Assembly (NCBI GenBank): GCA_050011835.1
Contig: JBEKII010000002.1
Location: forward strand, 8,086-72,085
Source of the DNA: Minisyncoccia bacterium
GTDB lineage: Bacteria > Patescibacteriota > Minisyncoccia > Phycocordibacterales > Phycocordibacteraceae
Direction of reading: 5' to 3'
DNA: 64,000 nt
Shown: one piece after another, positions 20,040 to 29,775 of the stretch
Numbering within the stretch: the stretch's first letter is position 1
How the letters are laid out: the number at the start of each line of letters is the position of its first letter
Program-made: the position numbers and the translations under genes
The notes under the pieces: model-generated
Told to the model about the DNA's origin: nothing
Databases searched by the model: none
Seen by the model: only the letters and a program-made list of their open reading frames with translations

Positions 20040-20870
20040 ATGGCTGAACTCACTTTAGAAGAAAGCATTCAACAGATATTTCCAACGCTCCCGTTGCCAC
20101 TCCAGAAATTTTTTGAACAACGTGGGCCTAGCGAAACCGCGCATCTCCTTATGGAACGATATGCGCTCCACGTAGACCAAGGAACGATTCTTGAACAAGA
20201 ACTCATGTTTCTTCTTCTCGGTCTTAGGAGTCCGGATGAATTTGCGGAAGAACTATATGCGCAGTTACCCATATCGAGACAAACCGTTCTGGATATAATC
20301 ACCGACGTTAATCAAGAAGTTTTCGTTCCGTTGCGGGAAGAAGAAATGAAAAGTGGCGGGGCGAGGATGGAGCAGCAAGTAAAATCCGCGGCGGCGTCTG
20401 CGCCGCCGCGACCAATGAACATACCAGTGCCAAACTATGCGCCACGCCCGCCCGAAGTCAGCAAACCACCGGGCGTAATGGAACCGCCCCCGCAATCCCC
20501 GACATATTTTCACTCGGAGGATAGAATCGTTTCACAACCCATCATCTCCGTAATCCGCCCGCCGGCAGGCGGGAGCGAAAGAAGACCTCCTCGTCCTGTT
20601 GTAACGGCACCCGCTCGTCCTTTGCCGAGAGTTACGGATGACGCAGCGAAGCCGATGCCTGATGAAAAGCTTCTTGAAGATCATGAAGAGGCACATATTA
20701 ATTTTGATAAAACATCAGTACCGCCGAATCTTCCGGGAGTACTACCGTCTATCCAGCCGAAACCTACTCCTCCCGTTGCTTCCATTCCTTCTGCCCCTCC
20801 TCCTATCTCATCAAAACCTTATTCCGTTGACCCGTACCGCGAGCCGATTGATGAAAATAGCAATGCGTAG
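20040..20870 (+). CDS. Hypothetical protein with Pro-rich tail ending in DPYREPI
   Basis: 276-aa ORF, co-oriented and 5 nt downstream of the previous gene. Confidence 0.75.
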   Translation: MAELTLEESIQQIFPTLPLPLQKFFEQRGPSETAHLLMERYALHVDQGTILEQELMFLLLGLRSPDEFAEELYAQLPISRQTVLDIITDVNQEVFVPLREEEMKSGGARMEQQVKSAAASAPPRPMNIPVPNYAPRPPEVSKPPGVMEPPPQSPTYFHSEDRIVSQPIISVIRPPAGGSERRPPRPVVTAPARPLPRVTDDAAKPMPDEKLLEDHEEAHINFDKTSVPPNLPGVLPSIQPKPTPPVASIPSAPPPISSKPYSVDPYREPIDENSNA

Positions 20871-20899
20871 TTGCATTCCGTGCGCCATTCCTTTATATT
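20871..20899 (+). promoter_or_regulatory. sigma70-type promoter of the str operon
   Basis: TTGCAT-17bp-TATATT upstream of rpsL. Confidence 0.65.
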
Positions 20900-20915
20900 A
20901 TTGCTGACCCTCGCG

Positions 20916-20933
20916 CCTGCCTGCGCAGGCAGG
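20916..20933. repeat. Palindromic repeat family A, copy in the rpsL leader
   Basis: Perfect palindrome CCTGCCTGCGCAGGCAGG. Confidence 0.8.
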
Positions 20934-20948
20934 GGTCTTCTTTTTCTC

Positions 20949-21365
20949 ATGGCCACTATCAATCAACTCTCTAAGAGAGGTCGCAAGAATAAATCGTCTA
21001 AGACGAGCGTGCTCGCTCTTGCGCGCGGTTTTAATACGCTGAAGAATCGCCCGACGTTTTATCCGTCGCCTTTTAAGCGGGGCGTCTGCACGAAAGTGAC
21101 AACGAAAACTCCTCGGAAGCCGAACTCCGCTATTCGGAAAATCGCCCGTGTCCGTCTCACAAATGGAATGGAAGTCACCGCCTACATCCCGGGCATAGGG
21201 CATAATCTTCAGGAGCACTCGGTCGTGCTGCTTCGCGGCGGTCGCGTGAAGGATATTGGCGTGCAATACACTATTGTGCGCGGGAAGCTTGACACGAGCG
21301 GCGTTGAGAAACGCCACCGCGCCCGTTCGCGCTATGGCGCGAAGCGCCCGCGAGATAATACATAA
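20949..21365 (+). CDS. rpsL: 30S ribosomal protein S12
   Basis: [18 protein letters not shown] and NLQEHS motifs. Confidence 0.98.
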   Translation: MATINQLSKRGRKNKSSKTSVLALARGFNTLKNRPTFYPSPFKRGVCTKVTTKTPRKPNSAIRKIARVRLTNGMEVTAYIPGIGHNLQEHSVVLLRGGRVKDIGVQYTIVRGKLDTSGVEKRHRARSRYGAKRPRDNT

Positions 21366-21369
21366 GAAT

Positions 21370-21834
21370 ATGCGCCGACCCCTGAAGAAAAAACGCGTGT
21401 GGCGTCCGGACCTCAAGTACGGTTCGGAGATGCTTTCTCGTTTTATTAATGCACTTATGTGGAATGGGAAAAAAGATACTGCACGTAGAGTTGTCTATGA
21501 TGCGCTCGCCACAATAGAGAAAGATGGTGCGAATCCTCTGGAAACATTTGAAGCGGCGCTACGTAACGTTTCACCTTTGATGGAAGTCCGTTCGCGCCGC
21601 GTCGGCGGAGCGAATTATCAAGTTCCGCGCGAAGTTCCGCAGAGTCGTCGTCTCGCACTCGCGTTTCGCTGGATCATCACTTCTGCCCGTTCAAAAAAAG
21701 GGAAACCGATGGCGGACAAGCTCGCTACAGAGCTCCTTCTCGCCTCCAAAAACGAAGGAGATGCGGTCAAGAAGAAAGAGGAGATGCATCGCATGGCAGA
21801 GGCCAACAAGGCCTTCGCTCACTTTGCATGGTAA
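21370..21834 (+). CDS. rpsG: 30S ribosomal protein S7
   Basis: RRVGGANYQVP and MAEANKAFAHF motifs. Confidence 0.98.
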   Translation: MRRPLKKKRVWRPDLKYGSEMLSRFINALMWNGKKDTARRVVYDALATIEKDGANPLETFEAALRNVSPLMEVRSRRVGGANYQVPREVPQSRRLALAFRWIITSARSKKGKPMADKLATELLLASKNEGDAVKKKEEMHRMAEANKAFAHFAW

Positions 21835-21884
21835 TTTTACGAAGTAAAATTATCCCGAGCTTGTCGAGGGATTACTTTTAAATT

Positions 21885-24032
21885 ATGAACCGCGATTATC
21901 CGCTTGAGAGAGTGCGCAATTTTGGCATCATCGCCCACATTGATGCGGGGAAGACGACCGCGAGCGAGCGCATCCTTTTTTATACGGGGAGCCAACACAA
22001 AATCGGCGAGGTGCACGAGGGCGAGACGACAACCGACTGGATGGAGCAGGAACGCGAGCGCGGCATCACCATTACCGCCGCCGCTATCACGTGTTTCTGG
22101 ACGAAAACTGATGAACCGAACAAAAAAGATACCGTAAAAAAATATCGTTTCAATATTATTGATACGCCGGGACACATTGATTTCACCGCCGAGGTAAAGC
22201 GTTCCATGCGCGTTTTGGACGGCGCGATTGTCGTTTTTGACGGAGTCGCGGGCGTTGAACCGCAGTCGGAGACCAACTGGCGCTATGCCGACGAAGTACA
22301 GGTGCCGCGCGTCTGCTTCATCAACAAGCTCGACCGCACAGGTGCGTCATTCGAGGATTCTTACGCAAGCATTCTCAATCGGCTCTCGCCGAAGGCGATA
22401 CGCATGCAAGTTCCTATCGGCGAAGAGACTGCGCACGAGGGTTCTATCGATCTGCTTACAATGAAGGCTTACACTTTTGCTGGTGAGAAAGGAGAAGAAG
22501 TGATTGAAGGAGAAATCCCGTCAACGCTTCTCGCGGATGCGAAAAAATATCGCGCCGAGCTTGTTGAACGCATCGTTGAGCAAAATGATGCGGCAATGAA
22601 TGCCTATCTTGAAGGTAAAGAGCCCTCGCTTGCAGAATTGAAAAAAATTCTCCGCGCTGCAGTTATTACAAACGAAATCTTTCCCGTCTATTGCGGAAGC
22701 GCGCTCAAGAACAAAGGCGTCCAGCTTGTTCTGGACGCCGTCGTTGATTTCTTGCCGTCGCCTCTTGACCTTCCCCCCGCAATTGGCACGAATCCAAAAA
22801 CAGGCGAACCGATTGAACGCCACGCGTCAGATGATGAGCCGTTTTGCGCGCTCGCCTTTAAACTTCAGACCGACCCGTTTGTCGGCGCGTTGACTTTCTT
22901 CCGCGTGTATTCGGGCACGCTTTCTGCCGGTTCGTATGTCTACAATTCAACGACGGAAACCAAAGAGCGCGTCGGGCGCATCGTGCGCCTGCAAGCCGAC
23001 AAGCGCGAAGAAGTTGAAAAGGTTTTCGCGGGAGAAATCGCCGCCGCTGTCGGCTTGAAAGATACGAAAACGTCGCACACGCTCTGTGATGAAGCGAATC
23101 CGATTGTCCTTGAGCAAATTAAATTTCCCGAACCGGTCGTGTCGCTTCGCATTGAACCGAAAACGAAAGCGGACCAAGAAAAAATGGGCATCGCGCTCCG
23201 CAAACTTTCGGACGAAGACCCGACGTTCCGCGTGACGACCGATGATGAAACCGGCGAAACCATTATTTCAGGAATGGGCGAACTGCATTTGGAAATTCTC
23301 GTTGAACGCATGAAGCGCGAATTCGGCGTCGTCGCGGATGTCGGGAAGCCGCAGGTGGCGTATCGCGAAACGGTTCTTGGCGCCGCGGAGGCCGAAGGGA
23401 AATATATCAGGCAGACCGGCGGCCGCGGCCAGTATGGTCATGTGAAAATTCGCATAAAGAAAATGGTGCCGGTCGTAGAAGGCGCGAAAATTTCCAAGAA
23501 CACCACGCGCGAAGACCATTTTGAATTTATCAACAACATCAAGGGCGGCGTCGTTCCGCAGGAATATATTCCGGCGGTGGAGAAGGGAATCCGCGAAGCG
23601 ATGGCGCGCGGCTTCCTCGCCGGCTTCCCGATGGTTGACATTTCTATTGACCTTTACGACGGCTCGTATCACGAAGTTGACTCTTCGGAAATCGCGTTCA
23701 AGATCGCGGCGTCAATGGCGTTTCAAGAAGCTGCGGGAAAGGCGAAAGCGGTTATTCTAGAGCCGATTATGCGCATTGAAGTCATCGTGCCGGAACAATT
23801 TATGGGCGACATCACCGGCAATCTCTCGGGAAAGCGCGGTCAGATAGAAGGCACGGAAGAACGCGGCATGAACAAAGTCGTGAAGGCAAAAGTGCCGCTC
23901 TCCGAAATGTTCGGCTATACCACGACGCTTCGCTCCATGACCGAAGGCCGCGGAAGCATGACGATGGAATTTGACCACTACGACACGGTCCCGAACAACA
24001 TCGCGCAGGAGATTATCGCGAGTAGGAAATAA
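21885..24032 (+). CDS. fusA: Elongation factor G
   Basis: [23 protein letters not shown] and GMGELHLE motifs. Confidence 0.99.
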   Translation: MNRDYPLERVRNFGIIAHIDAGKTTASERILFYTGSQHKIGEVHEGETTTDWMEQERERGITITAAAITCFWTKTDEPNKKDTVKKYRFNIIDTPGHIDFTAEVKRSMRVLDGAIVVFDGVAGVEPQSETNWRYADEVQVPRVCFINKLDRTGASFEDSYASILNRLSPKAIRMQVPIGEETAHEGSIDLLTMKAYTFAGEKGEEVIEGEIPSTLLADAKKYRAELVERIVEQNDAAMNAYLEGKEPSLAELKKILRAAVITNEIFPVYCGSALKNKGVQLVLDAVVDFLPSPLDLPPAIGTNPKTGEPIERHASDDEPFCALAFKLQTDPFVGALTFFRVYSGTLSAGSYVYNSTTETKERVGRIVRLQADKREEVEKVFAGEIAAAVGLKDTKTSHTLCDEANPIVLEQIKFPEPVVSLRIEPKTKADQEKMGIALRKLSDEDPTFRVTTDDETGETIISGMGELHLEILVERMKREFGVVADVGKPQVAYRETVLGAAEAEGKYIRQTGGRGQYGHVKIRIKKMVPVVEGAKISKNTTREDHFEFINNIKGGVVPQEYIPAVEKGIREAMARGFLAGFPMVDISIDLYDGSYHEVDSSEIAFKIAASMAFQEAAGKAKAVILEPIMRIEVIVPEQFMGDITGNLSGKRGQIEGTEERGMNKVVKAKVPLSEMFGYTTTLRSMTEGRGSMTMEFDHYDTVPNNIAQEIIASRK

Positions 24033-24110
24033 AGCGTAGATTTCTACAAGGTTGAGCCTCATTTCGTTTTGTGTTATTCTAAATTTAGATTAAGCAGAAA
24101 GGAGGAAGTC

Positions 24111-24302
24111 ATGAATGAGTTAATGCAGTTTTGTTTTAAGACAAAGGGACGATTCCTCATTACACTCGGCTGTACACTGTTGGTTCTTTCCTTCGTAGCT
24201 CCGGTTCCGGAAGGAAACGTGATGTTGGTAATGGGACTTTTATCTTCTTGCATTGGAGTCATCGTCGCTTTGTGGAACATGGATTGTTGGAATGACAATT
24301 GA
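24111..24302 (+). CDS. Small two-TM hypothetical protein inserted between fusA and tuf
   Basis: AGGAGG SD, two hydrophobic segments and a downstream hairpin. Confidence 0.65.
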   Translation: MNELMQFCFKTKGRFLITLGCTLLVLSFVAPVPEGNVMLVMGLLSSCIGVIVALWNMDCWNDN

Positions 24303-24304
24303 TC

Positions 24305-24344
24305 GAGGCCTGCAATTCGGTTGCTACAATCGAATTGCAGGCCT
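24305..24344 (+). terminator. Long hairpin after the inserted ORF
   Basis: GAGGCCTGCAATTCGGTTG...CAATCGAATTGCAGGCCTC, then TTTTT. Confidence 0.65.
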
Positions 24345-24367
24345 CAGCTTTTTATCCCCGCGACGAG

Positions 24368-24396
24368 TTGCATTTCAATTTGTATTTGCGTATAGT
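24368..24396 (+). promoter_or_regulatory. sigma70-type promoter of tuf
   Basis: TTGCAT-17bp-TATAGT. Confidence 0.65.
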
Positions 24397-24464
24397 ATCT
24401 ACAACGCATTGAGGCGTCGTTTTTTTGCTGATTTATTAATTATCTTAATAATAACCCATTCGCT

Positions 24465-25661
24465 ATGGAATTTAATCGCAGCAAGCCGCACATGAACGTA
24501 GGCACCATCGGCCACGTGGACCACGGCAAGACGACTTTGACCGCGGGCATCCTTCATGTCCTTTCGATGTTGAAGGCGCAGGGCTACGATGCGCGTGTTG
24601 AGGGCGTTGACAAAATTGATAACGCACCGGAGGAAAAGGCGCGCGGCATCACTATTGCGCTTCACCATTCGGAATACGAAACCCCGAATCGCCATTACGC
24701 GCATATTGACGCGCCCGGACACGCTGACTATATCAAGAACATGATTACCGGTGCCGCACAGATGGACGGTGCCATTCTTGTGGTCGCCGCAACTGACGGC
24801 GTCATGCCGCAGACGCGCGAACACATCCTTCTCGCGAAGCAAGTGGGCCTTAAGAAGCTCATTGTCTTTCTCAATAAGGTGGACCTCGTATCCGAGGCAG
24901 ACCTCATTGACCTCGTTGAGGAGGAAGTACGCGAACTCCTCACAAAACAGGGCTACGACGGCGTTAATACGCCGATTATTCGTGGCTCGGGACTCAAGGC
25001 GCTTGACGCCAAAGACGCGAACGACAAATGGGCGGTGGACATGAAAACGCTCGTTGACACGATGGATACGTACTTTGACCTGCCGGAGCGCGAAACCAAG
25101 AAGCCATTCCTTATGCCGATTGAAGATATCTTTTCCATTGAAGGCCGCGGCACGGTGGTTACCGGTCGTATTGAACGTGGAGTCGTGAAAGTCGGGGAGG
25201 AGGTGGAAATTGTTGGTATAAAGCCAACGGCGAAGTCAACTGTCACTGGCATTGAAATGTTCAACAAGCAACTCCAAGAGGGAATTGCCGGAGACAATGC
25301 GGGCATTCTTCTGCGCGGCACGAAGAAAGAAGACGTGCATCGCGGACAAGTCCTCGCGAAGCCCGGCTCGGTTACGCCTCATACTGAATTTGATGCCGAG
25401 GTTTACATCTTGGGCAAGGATGAAGGCGGCCGCCATACGCCATTCTTCTCCGGCTACAAGCCGCAATTCTACATTCGCACGACGGATGTGACGGGCGAAG
25501 TCGTTCTCGCAGAAGGGAAGGAAATGGTCATGCCGGGTGATACGGTCACTTTCAAGGTGAAGCTCGTTGCGCCGGTCGCGCTTGAAGAGCAGCAACACTT
25601 TGCCATCCGTGAAGGTGGAAAAACAGTTGGCGCGGGAGTGGTAACAAAGATTACGGCATAA
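24465..25661 (+). CDS. tuf: Elongation factor Tu
   Basis: [21 protein letters not shown] and GGRHTPFF motifs. Confidence 0.99.
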   Translation: MEFNRSKPHMNVGTIGHVDHGKTTLTAGILHVLSMLKAQGYDARVEGVDKIDNAPEEKARGITIALHHSEYETPNRHYAHIDAPGHADYIKNMITGAAQMDGAILVVAATDGVMPQTREHILLAKQVGLKKLIVFLNKVDLVSEADLIDLVEEEVRELLTKQGYDGVNTPIIRGSGLKALDAKDANDKWAVDMKTLVDTMDTYFDLPERETKKPFLMPIEDIFSIEGRGTVVTGRIERGVVKVGEEVEIVGIKPTAKSTVTGIEMFNKQLQEGIAGDNAGILLRGTKKEDVHRGQVLAKPGSVTPHTEFDAEVYILGKDEGGRHTPFFSGYKPQFYIRTTDVTGEVVLAEGKEMVMPGDTVTFKVKLVAPVALEEQQHFAIREGGKTVGAGVVTKITA

Positions 25662-25683
25662 TTTCTGACTGCTGACTGATAAC

Positions 25684-26109
25684 ATGCCAACGAAAACGGC
25701 AACGAAGCCAAAAGTAAAGCGCGTAACGAAACGTGCTGCTACGCCCGCGAAATCTGTCGCTAAGCGAGTGAAAAAAATAGTTGCACCTGCCGTCGCTCCA
25801 GTGGAGCACAAGCTTCGCATTCGCGTGCGCGCGTATGAGCATAAGATTCTGGATCTCTCGGTGAAGCAAATCATGGACACCGCCGCGCGTTTTGACGCCG
25901 TCGTCGTTGGTCCCGTGCCGCTCCCGACCGAGATTAAGCGCTGGACGGTGAATCGCTCCACCTTCGTTCACAAAGACGCGCGCGAACAATTTGAGATGCG
26001 CATCCACAAACGCCTCATAGATATCATGAATCCCTCGCCGAAAGTGATTGAGGCCCTCACAAATCTCAATCTCCCTTCCGGTGTGACGATTGATGTAAAG
26101 ATGGTGTAA
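25684..26109 (+). CDS. rpsJ: 30S ribosomal protein S10 with basic N-terminal extension
   Basis: GPVPLPT and REQFEMRIHKRLIDI motifs. Confidence 0.97.
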   Translation: MPTKTATKPKVKRVTKRAATPAKSVAKRVKKIVAPAVAPVEHKLRIRVRAYEHKILDLSVKQIMDTAARFDAVVVGPVPLPTEIKRWTVNRSTFVHKDAREQFEMRIHKRLIDIMNPSPKVIEALTNLNLPSGVTIDVKMV

Positions 26110-26200
26110 ATCAATGGGCGTACTCGCGACTACGATTTACACCAATCCGCCACACGTCCGCGTGTGTTGGATGGTTTAAAAATCTCCAGAAGATTTTTCG

Positions 26201-26231
26201 CAAAACCGCCTGCATAGACGGTTTTGCATTT
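26201..26231 (+). terminator. Terminator after rpsJ
   Basis: CAAAACCG...CGGTTTTG followed by CATTTT. Confidence 0.55.
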
Positions 26232-26304
26232 TCTTGATTTTCACATTCTGTATGTTAGCAAGACCTTCTCGGAGCCCCTAGTGTATCGGGGGCTCCTGTT
26301 TTTC

Positions 26305-26427
26305 TTGCATCTTTTAGGCAAGTTGTGTAGAGTACCTTTAACGCTACGAACGTTCGCCAGTTGGCGAACGATCCTATGGCAAAGGGTTGCATAACCCAGC
26401 GCCATCGTTGGCGCATTTATTTTTTCA
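26305..26427 (+). promoter_or_regulatory. Promoter and structured 5' leader of the rplC operon
   Basis: TTGCAT-17bp-TAGAGT, then hairpins CGTTCGCCA-GT-TGGCGAACG, GGGTT-GCAT-AACCC and GCGCCA-TCGT-TGGCGC. Confidence 0.55.
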
Positions 26428-27042
26428 ATGAAATTCATTCTCGCAAAGAAAGAAGGAATGACCCGCGTGTTCGCGGAGGATGGCCGTGTGCGCGCTGGGA
26501 CGGTTCTTTCTGCGGACCCCGTTATCGTGACACAAGTGAAAACGAAAGATGGTAGGGACAAATATGCCGCCGTGCAAGTCGGCTTCGGCGTGCGCAAGGC
26601 GAAAAATATCAGCAAAGCTGTTTTGGGTCACACGAAAGGGAAAGGTTACACGGCGATTCGTGAATTCAAAACCGACGATGCGGCGAAAGTTGGCGACACA
26701 ATTGACACGTCCATTTTTGCCGTTGGTGACACCGTACGTGTCTCGGGCCTTTCCAAAGGAAAGGGCTTTGCTGGAGTGGTAAAGCGCCATGGATTTCATG
26801 GCGGGTCGCGCACACACGGCCAAAAACATTCCGAACACGAGCCGGGCGCTATCGGCGGCTCGGGCGGCCGCGCGGGCGGTCGTGTCGCTAAAGGTATTCG
26901 TATGGCCGGTCGCATGGGCCACGAGCGCGTGACAATCCAAAATCTCAAAGTGCTTGCCGTTGACGCGGCAGCAGGTAAAATAATCGTTTCGGGTGCAGTA
27001 CCGGGCGCGCGCGGCACACTTCTTGAGATTGTTTCTGACTAA
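26428..27042 (+). CDS. rplC: 50S ribosomal protein L3
   Basis: SKGKGFAGVVKRHGF and MAGRMG motifs. Confidence 0.97.
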   Translation: MKFILAKKEGMTRVFAEDGRVRAGTVLSADPVIVTQVKTKDGRDKYAAVQVGFGVRKAKNISKAVLGHTKGKGYTAIREFKTDDAAKVGDTIDTSIFAVGDTVRVSGLSKGKGFAGVVKRHGFHGGSRTHGQKHSEHEPGAIGGSGGRAGGRVAKGIRMAGRMGHERVTIQNLKVLAVDAAAGKIIVSGAVPGARGTLLEIVSD

Positions 27043-27052
27043 TTTGAATACT

Positions 27053-27778
27053 ATGGCAACCGCGAAAAAAATAATAACGAAAGCAGTGCGAGCGAAGAAA
27101 GCGACGACTTCTGCAAATGAAATGAAAATTTACTCAATGCAAGGGAAAGAAGTTGGCACTATCGCGCTCCCGAAGGAGATTTTCGGCATGCCATGGCGCA
27201 ATGATCTTGTGCATCAGGTAACGACGGCAATGCAGGCAAACGCGCGTCAGAATCGCGCGAGCACGAAAGACCGCTCCGAGGTCTCGGGCGGAGGGAAAAA
27301 GCCGTGGAAGCAGAAAGGGACCGGCCAGGCCCGTCACGGCTCAATTCGTTCACCGCTATGGCGCCATGGCGGCGTGACTTTCGGTCCGCGCTCGGAGCGC
27401 GACTATAGCGAAAAGATAAATCGCAAAATGCGTATCGGCGCGCTTGTCTCGGTACTTTCTCGGAAAGTTAAAGATGGAGAAGTCATCCTCGTTGACCAAT
27501 TTCTATTCGCCGCACCGAAAACAAAAGACGCGCTCAATGTGCTCGCAGCACTTTCAAAAGGGGCAAAGGTAGATTTGCTTTCGAGCAAAGGATCGAAGTT
27601 TATCGCACTCGCGTCATACAATCAGAACGCGATCAAGAGTTTCAATAATCTCCAATGTGTTGAAACTGGGGAGATTCGTAATTTGAATCCAGTAACCCTT
27701 CTTACGCACAAATATCTCATTATTGAGAATCCAGAAACGGCCTTCGCCGTGTTCTTGGTACGCGTCAAAGCCGCATAA
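27053..27778 (+). CDS. rplD: 50S ribosomal protein L4
   Basis: KPWKQKGTGQARHGSIRSPLWRHGG. Confidence 0.97.
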   Translation: MATAKKIITKAVRAKKATTSANEMKIYSMQGKEVGTIALPKEIFGMPWRNDLVHQVTTAMQANARQNRASTKDRSEVSGGGKKPWKQKGTGQARHGSIRSPLWRHGGVTFGPRSERDYSEKINRKMRIGALVSVLSRKVKDGEVILVDQFLFAAPKTKDALNVLAALSKGAKVDLLSSKGSKFIALASYNQNAIKSFNNLQCVETGEIRNLNPVTLLTHKYLIIENPETAFAVFLVRVKAA

Positions 27779-27788
27779 TTAATTTCGT

Positions 27789-28172
27789 ATGGCACTATTC
27801 GGCAATAAGAAAGTGGAGAAGAAGGAAAAGAAAACGAAAAAGGAAAAGACCGTACGCGTTCGTCATGCGCGCGCCACAAAATTGAATGATGGCGTCGCGC
27901 ATGAAATCATTCGCGCGCCGTGGTTCTCCGAGAAGGCGCTCATCGTGACCGAAGAAGGCGTATATACCTTTGTCGTGCCGAAGCGAGCAACGAAGGCCGA
28001 GATTGCAGGCGCCATTAAAGAAATTTATAAAGTTGAACCGCGAGCGGTACGCATTGTGAATCTCTCCGGCAAGCGTAAGGCGTTACGCATGCGCCGCGGC
28101 GTGGGTCAACGTGCCGCGCGCCGCAAGGCCTATGTGTACCTAAATAAAGGGGACACTATACAATTTACTTAA
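27789..28172 (+). CDS. rplW: 50S ribosomal protein L23
   Basis: SEKA, YTFVV..ATKAEI and RKAYVYL motifs; operon position. Confidence 0.93.
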   Translation: MALFGNKKVEKKEKKTKKEKTVRVRHARATKLNDGVAHEIIRAPWFSEKALIVTEEGVYTFVVPKRATKAEIAGAIKEIYKVEPRAVRIVNLSGKRKALRMRRGVGQRAARRKAYVYLNKGDTIQFT

Positions 28173-28174
28173 TT

Positions 28175-29026
28175 ATGAAAACATACAAGCCCGTTACCAA
28201 AAGCCGCCGCTTTATGACCACATTGCCGTACCGAGAACTCCTCTCGGGCGATGCCCCGCACAAGTCGTTGCTGAAGAAGAGCAAGAGTCACAGCGGCAGA
28301 AATGCTTTCGGACGCATTACCACGCGCCATCAGGGCGGCGGGCACAAGCGCCGTTTCCGCGCCATCGATTTTTCTTACGATAAGAAAAATATTCCTGCGA
28401 AGATTGAAACCGTTGAATATGACCCGTTTCGTTCCGCCTTCATCGGGCTTGCGCTCTATAGGGATGGCGAGCGTCGCTATGTCATTGTGCCTAAAGAAAT
28501 GAAAGTCGGAAGTTCATTTATCGTCGGGGAGAACGCGCCGCTCACTCCGGGCAATCGTCTTCCGTTCGGTAAAATTCCAGTCGGTATGTTTGTGTATAAT
28601 ATTGAACTTTTTCCTGGAGCGGGCGCAGCGCTTGTCCGCGGCGCGGGCGATTTCGCCGAAGTGGTCGCGCATGATGCCGGCTACGCGCACGTGCGGCTTC
28701 CTTCAACCGAGATTCGCAAGGTATCCGACCTCTGCTACGCATCTATCGGCGCCGTCGGCAACGAGGAATATAACCTCGTTGTTGTCGGAAAAGCCGGACG
28801 CAGTCGTTGGCTCGGTATTCGTCCGACAGTCCGCGGCACGGCAATGAACCCTGTTGACCATCCGTATGGAGGTGGCGAAGGCAAACAAGGTCGCGGCATC
28901 AAGCGCGCCAAGACCGCATGGGGCAAGCCCTCCGGTAAAGGACAGAAAACACGCACGCCGAAGAAATATTCCAACGTCTTCATCGTCTCCCGCCGCAAGG
29001 TGGGCAGCAAGCGCAAGAGCGCATAG
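28175..29026 (+). CDS. rplB: 50S ribosomal protein L2
   Basis: EYDPFRSA and RPTVRGTAMNPVDHPYGGGEG motifs. Confidence 0.98.
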   Translation: MKTYKPVTKSRRFMTTLPYRELLSGDAPHKSLLKKSKSHSGRNAFGRITTRHQGGGHKRRFRAIDFSYDKKNIPAKIETVEYDPFRSAFIGLALYRDGERRYVIVPKEMKVGSSFIVGENAPLTPGNRLPFGKIPVGMFVYNIELFPGAGAALVRGAGDFAEVVAHDAGYAHVRLPSTEIRKVSDLCYASIGAVGNEEYNLVVVGKAGRSRWLGIRPTVRGTAMNPVDHPYGGGEGKQGRGIKRAKTAWGKPSGKGQKTRTPKKYSNVFIVSRRKVGSKRKSA

Positions 29027-29031
29027 TTTTA

Positions 29032-29060
29032 TTGACGATTGATTACTATTACTGTACATT
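29032..29060 (+). promoter_or_regulatory. Internal promoter before rpsS
   Basis: TTGACG-17bp-TACATT in the rplB-rpsS spacer. Confidence 0.55.
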
Positions 29061-29096
29061 TCACTTATCCCGCAGCGCGGGCTTTTCATTGCTTAC

Positions 29097-29447
29097 ATGT
29101 CACGCTCACTTAAGAAAGGACCCTTCGTGGACGCCAAGCTCTTGAAGAAGGTCTTAAGAAAGAAACCGACGTCGGCCGGAGCGATAAACACGTGGGCGCG
29201 CCGCAGTCAGATAAGCCCGGAAATGATCGGTTTTACCTTTGGTGTTCATAACGGCAAACAGCATCTGGAAGTTCTCGTTTCCGAAGAAATGGTGGGACAT
29301 CGCCTTGGCGAATTCTCTCCTACCAAGAAATTCATCCGTCACGGCGGTAGGATGCAAAAAGAGATGGAAATGAAGAAACAGGAAGCCGAGATTGCCGCCG
29401 CGCAATCCGCGAAAGCGCCTGTTGCCGCCGCGCCCGATAAGAAATAA
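29097..29447 (+). CDS. rpsS: 30S ribosomal protein S19
   Basis: [12 protein letters not shown] and [12 protein letters not shown] motifs. Confidence 0.98.
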   Translation: MSRSLKKGPFVDAKLLKKVLRKKPTSAGAINTWARRSQISPEMIGFTFGVHNGKQHLEVLVSEEMVGHRLGEFSPTKKFIRHGGRMQKEMEMKKQEAEIAAAQSAKAPVAAAPDKK

Positions 29448-29449
29448 TT

Positions 29450-29770
29450 ATGTCGCGGGCAATTCTCAAAAGTCATAATCAGACGCCGCGCAAACTTCGC
29501 TTGGTCGCTAACCTTGTAAAAGGAAAGAAAATTCCGACCGCACTCGCGGCGCTCCAGTTCCTCCCTAAACGCGCCGCGGAGCCCGTTGCGAAACTCATTA
29601 AAAGCGCGGCGGCTAATGCAAAAGGGCGTGGCGAGAATGTTGATGACCTGATTGTGCGGTCGATTACTGTGGAAAGCGCCGGGATGACAAAACGCTATAT
29701 GCCGCGCGCCTTCGGCCGTGCGGCGCCCATTCGTCGTCGGAAGAGTCGTATAAAAGTGACGCTTGCATAA
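29450..29770 (+). CDS. rplV: 50S ribosomal protein L22
   Basis: PRKLRLVANLV, SAAANA and PRAFGRA motifs. Confidence 0.97.
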   Translation: MSRAILKSHNQTPRKLRLVANLVKGKKIPTALAALQFLPKRAAEPVAKLIKSAAANAKGRGENVDDLIVRSITVESAGMTKRYMPRAFGRAAPIRRRKSRIKVTLA

Positions 29771-29775
29771 ATGCT

